A stretch of 63,485 nt of DNA, filler included, from Reticulomyxa filosa (taxonomy: Eukaryota; Protista; Foraminifera): the NCBI GenBank assembly GCA_000512085.1. It is 11 parts of 11 records of this genome, joined end to end, with 100 filler letters (N's around TTAATTAATTAA, not from the genome) between each part and the next. Parts side by side here need not be neighbours in the genome. Positions count along the whole stretch, not along the records: positions 22,304 to 26,677 come from ASPP01026120.1; positions 26,778 to 36,547 come from ASPP01001277.1; positions 36,648 to 44,888 come from ASPP01021897.1; 8 more parts are not named here. One strand, given 5' to 3'. The notes under the pieces are model-generated. The model had not been told where the DNA came from. It saw only the letters and a program-made list of their open reading frames with translations, and searched no databases. Of this stretch, positions 25,629 to 38,378 are shown in pieces; position 1 is the first letter of the stretch, and each line of letters opens with the position of its first letter. Both the position numbers and the translations under genes were made by a program.

Positions 25629-26590
25629 ATGTGGAAAGCTGGCTGTTGTTCACTGATTGTATTCATTTTGGCTTTAGTTGGGTTAGGTATCGATATCCTA
25701 ATTGTGCAAAAGGGACAAACCTCGAGCAATGTCCCAGAACGTTGGTCAGCAAAAGCAACTGTAGTTTGGTAGAGCAATGTGCTACGGCACATTACAAAAT
25801 ATATTTATGTGCGTATGTACATGTATATATTTTGTTTTATTCGTACACGACGGACTGAGATTATTGCAAAGTCCCAAATCCCAGGAATAATCCACCAAAC
25901 AAAAAAAAAACACACACAAACGATAGTATTACCGAAATAACGAGATAGTGGTACACGTGGTGTCCAATGTGTACGAAGAGGGTAACAAAACCACAGCAGT
26001 GACATATGAAGACGCCTATCATGACCAGTGTGAAGAGACATGTTATCCATTAAAAGAAAACTCTTCGTCAATCTAAACAAACAAAATTAGAAAATAAAAA
26101 TAAAAATAAAAATAAAAATTAAATTTTTTTTTTTTTAAAAAAAAAATAGGAGACCCCAAAACGTACACTCAAAAAATGAACAAAAAAAAAAAAAAAAAAA
26201 AACAAGCTGACACGGATACCAGCTATTGCGAAAGTTTAAAGTCTTTGAAAAATGCAGGTGAGTCGTACATGGGACTTGGCGTGACCGGTTGCATTTTTTG
26301 CTTTAGCGCAATTGTTATGTGCGTCTTTGACCGGTTTCGAAAATGTTGTTGCCACTGTCGATGTTTCGTAGTTTTTTTTTTACCATCTCTTTTTATTATT
26401 TTGTTTTATGTTGTGACATAATAAAACTTGTGAACCTTTCCAAAACTTGTTTTGGTGTGTATTTATACATATGGGTGATGTTTAGTTTCGATACGCTACT
26501 TTGTGGCTGCGTTGGTATTTATTGCGTTAGTCTTGTTCTTGAGTGCATGGGCAGTCTTTTGGAATCAGTATACTAATAATTTGGTTAGTT
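25629..26590 (+). CDS. Claudin/PMP22/amastin-like tetraspan membrane protein (3' truncated)
   Basis: N-terminal TM segment (MWKAGCCSLIVFILALVGLGIDIL), a Cys-containing loop, then CESLKSLKNAGESYMGLGVTGCIFCFSAIVMC and a further TM exon. Confidence 0.45.
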
Positions 26591-27106
26591 TTTTTCTTTG
26601 AGGAGGGAAGGGAGCGAAAACACAATGCAAAAAAAAAAAAAATAAAATAAGTCCTCTCTAATCCCCCTCCTCCATACNNNNNNNNNNNNNNNNNNNNNNN
26701 NNNNNNNNNNNNNNNNNNNNNTTAATTAATTAANNNNNNNNNNNNNNNNNNNNNNNNNNNNNNNNNNNNNNNNNNNNGTGAGTATTATGGACGAAATTTT
26801 TTTTTAACTTCTTGGTAATGATTTATGTTTTTATGTATAAAAGGCTGTAAGTTTCGTTTGAACAAAAGTCCAATTCATTGGTGAAGTTTTTCAAACCCAT
26901 TTCTTCAAATACTAACAAATTCTCAACAGTTGCACACGATGGCAGATATCTTGAAAACTTTGGGATGAAGGGCCAGACATAGTGTGGAAGAAAAAAAAAG
27001 CAAACAAAAAAAAAACGAAAAATAAGAAAAAATAATAGCAATGACATCCAATTGTGGAAAACAAATTTGGGAAAAAAACAACAGCAAAAAAAATGCTGAT
27101 ATCATT

Positions 27107-28165
27107 TTACAGTAAATTGCACGAGCATTTTTTTTGTTGTGTCCCATTATCATCAACGATAACTAATTGTGGTTGTTTAGGCTGTTGTCGATGAGGTACT
27201 TCTCCAGCTGGTGATTTTTCAATCAACCCAAAAAAAAAAACACAACATAAAATCTACGTAATGTGTAATGTGATATGTATAATAATATAAGTATTATATA
27301 AATAAGTTAGAAAGTGACATACCAATTGCTTTGAAAATTTCTTTGATGTTTGTATTGGTTTTGGCAGATGTTTCAAAAAATACGTATTGGTTTTCTTTTG
27401 CAAATTGCTGGCCTTCCTCTGTGGTTATCTCTCTGTTTTCCAAGTCTGTTTTGTTGCCTGCCAGTCCAATTACTACGTGCTTGCCTTCGCGTGATTGGAC
27501 CTCATTTATCCATAATTTTGCATTGTCAAATGATTCCTTTTTTCCCCCCAAAAAAAAATGTGGCTTTTTTCTTCCTTCTCTCCCCTTTCCCCCTTTCTCT
27601 CCTTTAAATTAATTGCAATATGCATATAACTCGGTTGGTGATGTCATACACAATAAGTGCGGCCGATGCTCCACGGTAGTACAAAGGCGCCAAACTTCTA
27701 TATTTTTCTTGTCCTATCAAAGTCACGCACATTGATCCACAAGAAAAAAAAGATCATTTCTAAATGATAACGATCAATGAATAACAACAAATTAAATAAG
27801 GACAGACACAAAAAATTTTGTCGATTTTTTTTTTATACCAGCAGTGTCCCATATTTCAAATTTAACCACAACATCTCCCACTGTCACGGATTGTGTTAGA
27901 AATGTCGCTGTTCGTCAAGTGTTTTTGTTTGAGTGTTTGGGTCTAGTGTTGGTTTTTGTTTGCATTTGTTGATTTCATATCCAAAAACAGATTTTCTTGT
28001 GTGTTTTTATGTTGTTTTTTGTCTTGTCTTTTGCACGGTACCCCCAATGGTCGGAAATTTGTATTGGTCAAATTCATCTTTGATAAATCGGATGACAACT
28101 GAAGATTTCCCCACCCTGCTATCCCCCAATAGTACTAATTTTACTGTTATTGGTTCTCTCGCCAT
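27107..28165 (-). CDS. Rab5/Rab22-family small GTPase, 5 exons
   Basis: [56 protein letters not shown] and ETSAK motifs; the spliced C-terminus is KKCSCNLL*. Confidence 0.93.
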
Positions 28166-28456
28166 ATTAAGGTATAAAAGATTATATTTTTGCCCCTTGC
28201 TTTTTTTAGGCAGTTTGCAACTTGTCGAAAGTGTGGATATCACAAACTGAAAATTTCATAGGTCCCTGGAATTGTTGACTCACACATAAGTTTATTTGAT
28301 AAACGTGAATTGGAAAAGAAAAAAAGAAGATAAGCTAATGTAAAACCAACAGTAGTAACAGAACGAAGTGGACTGGAAGAAACAGAATTTTGGAGAAAGT
28401 TCAAAATGACAAAATACCAGATTATAAAACAAAAAATTACAAGAAGAAAAAAAAAG

Positions 28457-29572
28457 TCAAATAAAAAACCAAAGCCAAATCAAAAACAGAAAAGATGGAG
28501 TCATGGTGTTCCAGCATCTTGTGCCACCAAGAAACTGGTGCGTGACCAAATATCTCTGTTCGTTTTTGACACTAAAGGCTTGTAATTGGCTGCAAGCCTG
28601 ACAATGTGGTAAAAACAATTGTTTGGAGGTAAATGTGGGGTCATTTCTGACAAACTTGCTCGGGGGTACATGATCGCCGATAAAGAGTCGATGTTTTAAT
28701 CGGATGCCGAACCGACGACGATAAATATTCAAAAAAAAATTTAATGCTGAAAATCGCAACTGCCTATCTCCACAAGAATGGCATCCGAATTTCAAACCGA
28801 GCTCCTCTATTGCAATAGCTTGGAGTCCGTTGATATATTTATCTGGGGACCGTGCGTGGTGCACTAACCCTTGCACAGCGTGTGCACTATTACTATTGAA
28901 CAAAGAAAAGGAAGGAGTCATCCGACCATAACTTCCTGTGGACCACAAGTCCGAGGGCGCAACACACCGATAAAAAGACACTGGGAAGACCCACTTGTTG
29001 CTCCAAATGCGTAAGAACGGAAAGATCGCCAATGAGAGACCGAAAAGGACTACGTTAGACTCTACATTTTTCCTGTGAAACTGTTGCAAGAAATACTGGC
29101 TCCCACGTTTAAATGTAGAGCCTTTTCTGTCGTTATGATGGTAGTAATGATCCCTGTCGCCATTCCCGTGCGATTCTCTGTTCATTTCACTAAACACAAA
29201 CAGAGATATGTGCATTGACATTACTGCAAAGCCACCAATCCCTAGTGGACACAGTACGGATGCCCCTAGATTGTTCAGCCATGAGTAATGCTGAAACACT
29301 GTTGGATTTCTCCAATTTGGTGAAGAAGACACTCCAAATCGCTTCAGCCAATGACAATATAGATGCAAAAGTGAACGATTTGTAGTTGCTCCTTTTTTTG
29401 TGTGTATGTTTGTTTTTAGTCTGGAGTGTGTTTGCACTTTTTTCTTAAGAACGGCCAGGAAGGGAAAAAAAAATTTCGGACCTATTACAACACTTATAAG
29501 TCCTGTTAGTACTAGCCATGGGGAGTTACTGTCCGGCAAACGTTTTAATACAATTGGGTCATCACTCGACAT
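28457..29572 (-). CDS. Membrane protein with a C-terminal CxxC...DH.PP...CxxC (HNH/Zn nuclease-like) domain
   Basis: Long ORF with hydrophobic segments followed by APSDLWSTGSYGR, FGCHSCG, FIGDHVPP and FLPHCQACSQLQ. Probable stopless in-frame intron at about 29393-29494. Confidence 0.65.
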   Translation of the reverse strand: MSSDDPIVLKRLPDSNSPWLVLTGLISVVIGPKFFFPFLAVLKKKVQTHSRLKTNIHTKKGATTNRSLLHLYCHWLKRFGVSSSPNWRNPTVFQHYSWLNNLGASVLCPLGIGGFAVMSMHISLFVFSEMNRESHGNGDRDHYYHHNDRKGSTFKRGSQYFLQQFHRKNVESNVVLFGLSLAIFPFLRIWSNKWVFPVSFYRCVAPSDLWSTGSYGRMTPSFSLFNSNSAHAVQGLVHHARSPDKYINGLQAIAIEELGLKFGCHSCGDRQLRFSALNFFLNIYRRRFGIRLKHRLFIGDHVPPSKFVRNDPTFTSKQLFLPHCQACSQLQAFSVKNEQRYLVTHQFLGGTRCWNTMTPSFLFLIWLWFFI

Positions 29573-29950
29573 TTTTTTACAGTATTGATTCAACGTAACA
29601 AAAATACACAAACAAAGCGCGGATTCAAAAGGAGTAACAACGTGCGATACAAGATAATTATTTATCACCCAGGAGAGAATGAGGAAAAAAAAAATTTTTA
29701 GCAACAAGGAGCAATCGTTCTTTTGGAAGAGGTTCAAGTCCTGTGACAAGTTTGTTTGTAGAAAAGAGCAATTGCTGTATTTTTGGTGTATAAAATCAAA
29801 ATTGAAACAAAAAAAATGCTACAATTTAAAAATGGTGTATCAAAATTATTGCAATCGACTCTGTTACTTTCTATGCTCCTGGGTTGTTCAAAACTGTTCT
29901 GTAGCACAAGTGTATTTTTTTTTTGAGTAAAAAAAATTTGCTCGTTGGAT

Positions 29951-31029
29951 ATGTCGAACGAAGAAGAAAAAGAAGAGACATCGCCGTTGCTGCCATCTTT
30001 CAATGGTGGGCCTCGTGGCATTCCGAATCCATTGGGCAACGCGTTGAGTGGAAGACGTAAGTCGTTGGAAGTTGTGGATGCAAACGACCTGGCCTTACGC
30101 AAACGAGCCTCGAAGAACACGACAGAGCTGAAAGAAGACGTCGTCTCGGCGTTGTTTTTAGTGCGTGCGTATGGTATATGGTCGCACTTCACAGCAAAGA
30201 TGAAGGCTTTATGGGTGAGCGCGGTAATATTTTGTGCGGTATTGCAATGGTTTTCAGCATTTTGGATTTTTGCATATTTTGTGGGAGTGACGAAAAGCAA
30301 TTCGAAGGATAAAATCAAGGGTGCATATGGATCGGAAAGCGAAACGATCCAACACTTAACCACGTTTATTACATGTGCAGTGTTGTTGGCGTTTGTGATG
30401 TCACAACTACGCTCCTCTAAAGCCGCGTGGTCTTGTGCGATCAAATACATAAGTCCATACAAAGCTGACGAAGCCAATGACAGCAACAATACCGAAGCCA
30501 AAGAATATGATGGTTTGAACGTGTTGATTTGGTTAATATTCACGTCCGACCTTTTCTTGGAATTGTTTGTTGGGATTGTTTCCGTCATGGCCGTTTCTAC
30601 ACAAGATAATGTCAATAACAAGATGCAAGTGTGCTTGGCTTTGTTATGTGTCACTACACGGCATTTGGTGTATACTTTTTGTTTTTTTAAAAAAAACAAA
30701 TTATTTGCCCTGATTAAATTATACAGTGTCAAATGATCGCAATAATATATTTGGCTTGCTTGTTGATTGCTCGTGCAAAATACAACAGCTTCTTCACTTT
30801 GGAAGTTGATGAATGGGTGTATACCTTGATTCTGAGTGGGTTTGATGTGTTGGATAAAGAGGACTTCCAAATCGCCTCTGAGGAAGATTCTCCTTTGTAT
30901 GACGAAAAAGGACAAACTGTCACCATTCAACAACTATGGCAGGAAAGGGCTCTCACCTCCGCAAAGTGGGGAATGTTCATGACTGCGCTTCTTATCTGGG
31001 CATTAATCTGGGACATTGCTGTTGTATGA
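29951..31029 (+). CDS. Hypothetical multi-pass membrane protein; intron about 30629-30726
   Basis: ORFs 29945-30736 and 30733-31029 join in phase 0 (KMQ|CQMIAII); about 5 hydrophobic segments. Confidence 0.7.
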
Positions 31030-31533
31030 GGGTTCAAAAGAGATGCACAAATAAAACAGAGACCCTTTGCATCAAGCAAACATCTATTTGCTCATTTGCT
31101 TGAGGTTGTAATCTCTGGACTTGTTTATTCTTTTATTATATCTTATTTTATTTTTTTTTTTTGGAAAATTGGACAATGTTCCAAACTGTCAAACCTCAGA
31201 TAAAAAAGGTTTTAATTTTGTACTTCCTTTCATTGAAGTTTTATCGCTATTATCAATATATTCGATATTGAGGACTAGGTCAATCACTACGGTCATCGAA
31301 ATTATTTTGAGTGCATAGTTTTAGAAGTTTATTTTTTTGAAAAAGAGAGTCTCAGAAGCGTTTGAGTTAAAATTTCTTAATGTCCCCAGCAGTTTTTGTT
31401 GCTTATTCATACAAAAAGTTTAACAACACCATCAAAGATAAACAACGGTTAAACAAAACAAAAAAAATAAAATCCAAAAACAACTATGTCGTCAAAAGAC
31501 AGCCAACTAAAAACGAGGACAAGAGAAAAAGGA

Positions 31534-34500
31534 TTATTGCGTTTTTTCAAATTCCGCCCAAGCTTCATTCAATGCTGTGAAAACTCTTTCACAAATAACT
31601 GCCTTCTTGGCATCATCCCCACGATTGGCTGCTCGATCAGGATGAACCAATCGTAATGCCACCTGATAAGATTTCTTGCATTTTGCTGGTTGTACCAAAT
31701 CTCCCAAGCTCACTGGTTTCCATCCAGAATCTTCCCACAAGATCTCAGGCAATTTTGTTAGCAAAGATCGAATATTACGTCTTACACCATTGGCATATTC
31801 CCACTCATCTAATCTAGCTTCCAGCTCATCTTTGAATTTGGCTTTTCAGCTTGTCTTTTGCCTCCTGCACATAGGAATCCTTGACAAATCGAATTCGCTC
31901 TTGTACTCTTTGTTCTATTTTACTTTGACTACCCGGGGTCATGTGATACACAAACACGCACCACGTATATAAATACATATACATATTCATATGTATTGCA
32001 TTATATGCATATGTTAAATGATTTTATTTTTCGAACTCAAATCGACTGTGTTTGCAAAAATTTGGGTCTTGTACAACAAGAATGGACAATGATTTAATAT
32101 GTGTTTTAATTTGTTTTTTAGTGATTTGCCTACTCAACTCTTCCACGGGATTTGGAGTAGCGGACTTGGCTCGTTGCTCTTCATTGACAGGATCCAAGTT
32201 ACGCGGCGATGGATTTGGTCCTCGTCTAGGGGAAGCAGTGGATGCTGGTTGTCGTGATATTTGCGATTCCGACTTGGAATAACGAGTTGCATCTGCCGCC
32301 AATCCTGTGGTCGTGCTTGCGTTCGTATTAGTTTTGGCCGGGACTGCTTTTGTGGGAGATTTGGGTCCCTCTGCTGTGCTCTGCTTATTTGTCGGCGGTT
32401 GTGTGGTAGCGCTACTACTGTTACTACCACTGCTGCTACTACTTTCAGCAGGGTTGCCGAATATACCCCAGAAATCAGTGCTGTTATTGCGTTGCATTGC
32501 AGGGACAGCTCCCGAAGGATCATTGGCCTTAGATTCTCCTTGTTTTGCTGCTTGGTTGCTTTTTGGTGCATTATTTGCACTCTTCTCGTTCCCAGTTTTT
32601 TCTTCGTTGCTGGTGTCCTCTACTCGGAACAGAGAACTAATTGAAAATTGCTTCTCGTGTGATCCTTTATTTCCATTCGCTTTTGGCTCACTAGTTGTGG
32701 ATGGTGCCACATTGATAAAACCTCCAAAGTCATCTTCAATATCAAGTGCAGTCTTTTGTGTTTTTTTTCCACCCCAAAACAAGGTTTTTTTTCTTTTGCT
32801 TTCCCCTCCTTCCCCTTCCCCCTTTTTTGACTTTCCACCATTTTATTTTTTAAAAAATTTTTTTGTAATGTTCAGAAGTGATCTTCCAATGAAACTGATG
32901 GGTTTTGCTTTGGTGGGTTTGATTTCGCTGGAGCCGGTTGACTTTCAGTTGACATGCCAAAGTCCTCTCCAAACAAGAAATCATTGTGTTGTTGTGATAC
33001 AGTGGTCTGTGTATTCGTTGCCGGTACAACAGTAGGATTGCTACCTATTTACCAAATAAAACAAAAAAACAGCATATACATATACATATAAATGTATACA
33101 TACATTAAAAAGAGAAAGAGAAAGACAATATGAAATATATGCTTATTCAGCCAAACATTGATATATGTATACATATACATATGATACCTTGAGGTTGCTA
33201 TTCATCATCGTCATCATCACATAAACAAACGAAAATAAGTGTTTGAAAGATCATTATATATAATTTCCCCCCTTTCCTTACAACGGTAAAAAAAAAGATG
33301 ACCTCTCTCTGTCCCTTTCCTTTCGGTGTGTCTTAAGGTTCTGGACATTGTGAATATTCAAGACAGTGTACATAAAAAAACAAACTGAATTATTTGTGGA
33401 AAGGGTACCACTTCTGTTGTTTCGCTGGATAGAGCTGTTTGTGTTGTTGCCATTGGCAGTGGAATTTTTGGAAGCGGGATCAGTGAGATCAGCGTTTTTA
33501 TTGCCAACGCTATTATTTCGACTTTTGCTTGCCACAGCAGCCTTGACATCTGTTTCGCCATTGGCAATCGCCGCTTCGTTGAATCCATTGTCGATGGTAT
33601 TCTTGCGCGGCTTACCATTGGTCTCTGGATTTACGGTCCCTGTTGTGGCTGCGGAGGACGAGGATAGTGCAGATGACGGCGGTGCCGATGCAGCCGTTGC
33701 CGTGGCTGTGGCAGCTAATTTGGAACCGGAGCGATCTGTGGACACGTCATCACCATGTTCGAAATCCAGTTTGCTATGTTGCAATAGCTGGTGGGTCGAT
33801 TGATGTAATGGATGTGAATTGTAATCGGCATACGTCTTCGGGTATTGCTTGCGATAATAATCGATCGACGTTTTGAAAGGTCGAATTAATTCATTACACG
33901 AATTAATAAACGCCAACTGACATTCCAACAATTGTACATACACACGATCAAAGATTCGATATTTCTCCTTGAACATGTTCGCCACTGCATCGCTAATCTT
34001 TTGCTTTTGATCTTGGAAATCTTTTGTCAATGACTTTTTTACATTCGTGGTGTCGTTAATTCGCTCTTCCAAATCTCGCAGCTCTTGTTGATTCACACCA
34101 TTTATGCCTGACGACGATGACGCCGGTGTCGACTGCTGCTTTTTCTTTAAGCGCTCGTGCTGCTCCTTCAACGTATGCAAACGATCACTCGTGCTTTGAG
34201 CTGCTGCTCGTGCCCGTTCCGCGTCTTCAATTTCTTGCTCCAATAGCTTTATTACTTCCAACCAATTGTCCAATTCTGCTATCAAGCCTTCGGGCAATTG
34301 CGTCTGCTCTTGGAATACCTTCACTGCACTATTCGCTATTTCTTCGTTCACCGTATTATACGTTCTTTATAACCCGTATTCATTGGACATATATTGTTTT
34401 TATTAAAATATATATATTTTTTTCTTTTCGTAATTTCATAAGCCTAAAAAAAATTTTTATATACGTATCTTTTTTTTTCTTCCCATCCCCCCCCTTTTCT

Positions 34501-34796
34501 CGTAAAAAGCATTATTTAAAGACACTTTTGTCCGAGAAACGCAACTGGACAGATTTAACGGTCCCTGAGTGCTCCACGGCTTGATAAAACTGAGTAACAG
34601 ATTTGGACAAAAGTACTCCGGATTCTGAAGCATGAATAAGGTTGGTAGTATAAGTAGTAAATTGTTGGCGGATTTGTGTTATTTGGTCACGCAAACCGTT
34701 CAACGCATCTCGATGCTGTTGCAAGACTTCATCAGGTGGGTGTTTCCCATCTCCTGTGCGTGTGAAAGAAGAGACAATATTTCGAAAGGTTTGCAT
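31534..34796 (-). CDS. N-terminal BAR-like domain + low-complexity linker + auxilin-type J domain, multi-exon
   Basis: The C-terminus RLDEWEY..GVRRNIRSLLTKLPEILWEDSGWKPVSLGDLV...KKSYQVALRLVHPDR...VFTALNEAWAEF is the auxilin J signature. The N-terminal ~250 aa form three long amphipathic helices; the first splice is in frame (SVQ|TYNTVNEE). Confidence 0.8.
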
Positions 34797-35029
34797 TTGT
34801 TAATGTCTTAATCTGTAAAGAGTGCTTTCAGCACCAAATTTTTTCTTTCTTTTGTTGGTCTAGCCCTTTCAGCTAGAACCTAGCACAACATTAACTTTAT
34901 TTTCTATAGCATTAAAAAAAACAAATTAAACATAGCAAGACGTCAAATAATACTAGTTTAAGGATATGCTTTTTGCAAAAAATACTAAAAAGTAAACATT
35001 CATATAATCATATAAATAAAATTGTCAAA

Positions 35030-35620
35030 TTTCAGACGTCCAGATTGCAAGCCGTTTAATTGCAATTTATACTTTAAAATTGATCCTATCATCCGCAATA
35101 AAACTCTGATGTGTTGTGCCAAGATTGGAATGCTTGGTATTGTGTTAATAACTGATTTTCATTTAAATACCACATTAATCTCATTGTAATAGTCCTTTAT
35201 AATAATTTCACAACTCCAGATAATAATGAAATTGGTATGCACTTCTTACAATGTGATCTCGATCTGGTTTGTTCTTTTCCACAATATTGGAGCAGATCAG
35301 TTTTGAAACTCCAATTAAATAAAGCGACAAATGAATCAATGATGCTTGTATACTATTTTTAATCATTTGATTGTGAATATTGTCTATGACATAAACATTT
35401 CCGATTTGTCTTTATCTGTCTTTGCTATTGTACCAAATATTTGTTTATTAATGCAGTAATAATCGATGTTTTGTTCGAATTTATTGATTTAAACTGAGAA
35501 AATAATTATATTGTATTATCTTCTTTCAATGATTCGATAATCCTTGTCAAACGATTCGCTGATAATCAAATGATTGTTGATTATCTCGATTCCACAATTG
35601 CAAATTTCTTACATTCTTCT
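35030..35620 (-). mobile_element. Second decayed copy of the same LINE ORF2 family
   Basis: The minus strand gives AKTDKDKSEMF, IIDSFVALFNWSFK, KPDRDH, PISLLSGVVKLL*RTITMRLMWYLNENQLLTQYQA.FQSWHNT, colinear with 20536-20800. Many stops and deletions. Not in the ORF track. Confidence 0.8.
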
Positions 35621-35879
35621 AATTTCATTACAAGAATTTATTTATATAGATTCTATTAAAAAAAAATCTATATTATCATCGACGATCATCGTGAAAGATT
35701 AGAAAGATCTAGAAAGCAAAACAATATAAAATAGATATTTCGAAAGATATCGAAAGATCCTAAAAAAGTAGAAAATTTTCAAACAAACTAGATATCTCAA
35801 GATAAAATCCGAAGAAATTTCGACTAGTGAAAACATTTTTTATATTGATAAAAAGATTTTTTTTTATAGTAGTTGGATT

Positions 35880-36547
35880 TTGTAATATTGTGATCGTAGT
35901 GTGACTTTTTTGATTTTGTTATTGTTTTTGGTAGTTTACGTCATCGGTTCAGCATGTGTGACTTTGAGAGGTGGAAGTAATTTTAAACTTACAGAGTATA
36001 TTGACTTCGGTTCTTTAAGAGTAACAAGGTGATAACTGGGATAGTAACCCTTTTACTGAAAACGGGCTGCTTGCGGGAGAGGGTCGAACATTGATCGACG
36101 CATTTGAAAGATTGGAAATATCGAGGCAAATACCCGGTTTTTTCTGTTTGGCAAAACTCAGAGGGTTGGATAACTTCTACTGAACATCGAGTAAAACCGA
36201 AATTCAATAGCTGATAACAAGGCTTGTGAAGACTATCTGGACGGCAGAGACAGTGTCTTTACAATAATCTGATATACTGCAAGTCATGTTGGGACAAAAT
36301 ACCACACTTGGAATTGGTTCAAGAATCCAATCTAATGGTAAGTCAGACACGTTAACTACACTTACGAACATGTCTGACACTAGTGAACTATCAAATGCCA
36401 GCACGCATGGTAGCATTGGAAATGGATATTGAGTTACAAAAATCAACAACTACAATCCAAAATGACGCTGAGCAATAATATGGACGTCGACACAAATGAC
36501 AACAGACGAACAGCCACAAAACGAAAGAAGCCAGATAGTGGATTAAC
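35880..36547 (+). mobile_element. Possible decayed retroelement fragment (RNase H-like remnant)
   Basis: Relatively GC-rich broken reading frames with II*YTASHVGT, resembling the W.PSHVG RNase H motif. Bounded by a repeat also found around the 20.5 kb RT. Confidence 0.3.
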
Positions 36548-38378
36548 NNNNNNNNNNNNNNNNNNNNNNNNNNNNNNNNNNNNNNNNNNNNTTAATTAAT
36601 TAANNNNNNNNNNNNNNNNNNNNNNNNNNNNNNNNNNNNNNNNNNNNCATTTGCACCATGACATTTTATAATATTTTTGTTTATTTTTTAGTAATCTTCA
36701 AGTCACGTAGATATGTTTAAAAAAAAAAATTAGCTTTAAATGTTTGTCTTTCATTAAGAAACTCTATCATCTTCATAAGGTGGCATTTTAGGTGTTCAGT
36801 TTTTTTTGCAACTTACTGTACAAGTCAAATATTAAAAAAGACAACTTTTTTTGTAAAATAATATATTTTATGTTTCTTATTGCAATAAATAATGTTAGTT
36901 ATTTGTTTTTGAACACGTATTTAAGTTATTATACATTTGTATTTACTTCTTATTTATATCATTTAATGAGAATTTTACACAATTACTTCATTTTCTTCTA
37001 TATTATATCTCAATTGACAATACTGTCAATATTTGTCATCATTAACTCTGATATATCCATATTTACATAAGCTAATCTTTATTATAATACGACCATTATA
37101 TCCACTGACAATGCACTAATCATTGCGGCTTGTTCAATCATTTCTCACACTATGATAGAATAATGACAACTAGAAATCGCGATATCGTCAATTGAATCCA
37201 TGCATACACATTGAAACTTAATACATAAATATGGCAGTTAGCATTAATTCAGTTAAGTCTACTTCAATAATTCTCAACATTCTGTGCGTTAATTGTGATA
37301 TCTATCACTTTTGTAATCTCTTCAACGTCCATCAAGATTGACTAAATCTCAGTTATATCAAGGTTCAATCCATTAATCTTTGTTTTTATTTTGTTGTGTG
37401 ATATTGCTTTGTTTTTTGAAAATATGAGTACTAATGCATTGTGCAAGTGTATATTATTACACTAAGTGGTAATGACGTAAGATTCAGTTTTTTAACAAAA
37501 GAATATGCACACTTGTTGCTTGAAAAGAAAGAAAGTCTTCAGCTTCTTTATCTAAAATTCCACTGTAATCTTTTTTTTCTTTTTTAAATTGTGCAACCAA
37601 GTGTGTTATTTATTAGGATTTTTTCTTGGCATCCACATGTACTAAAACGACAAAATTATAAAACGAGTTTTTTTGGTACTCTTTTCGCTATGAATTGACG
37701 TAAAAAAAAAAAAATTATGAAGTCTGTCGAAAGGCATATCGGCCATTATGGTTTGAGAAAGTCATGTTTATCTCAGCTACTGCACAAAAAAACTGAAATC
37801 CAAGGTAGAACATTAAATTACCAACTTTTCCAAAAAATACGATTAATTTCAGGTGTTATGACTTTCCTTTGTGATGAAATTGTTTCACTTTTTTGTATTT
37901 ATACATTTTTAGTTTTGTGGTGTGATGTCATTGTCAGAGTTTGTGTTTCTAATGTTTCGAGTACAAGCGTATTGCAGTGATCCGTATAATAAAATAGCAC
38001 ATAAATTGGCACTATCCTTTGCATCATATGATTAAATTTAGTCTGTACAACTTCCCACGTAAAGAGCCTTGGCCAACAATATCATGCAAACATTTTTGTG
38101 AAAAGAATACAACAAAAAATCTTGATTATTTACTTTATAGTGACAATAAGTATTTTTCAAATACTTGTAATAATTGGTGCAGCCAAAAAGGCCACTGAAT
38201 TGAAACAATATGCAAACAAAATAAAGGCAAATTTATTTGCTATTAATAAATGAACATAAATGGTTACACACGAACTAATCTACTCCAAACAGTGGGAAGG
38301 AAAAAACTGACGTGAAAAGATCACCAACTGTACAATTCACAATTATTATTATTTTATAGAGAAAAAACCTGTTCCTTA

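Noticed and set aside
29734-30933. Long antisense ORFs (399 aa here; also 7354-7995, 13334-14035, 32307-33035)
   Set aside because: They are shadows of real genes on the opposite strand and show no motifs of their own.
37000-37400. Possible decayed gag/ORF1-like remnant on the minus strand
   Set aside because: Only scattered Cys/His hints amid many stops; not supportable by eye.
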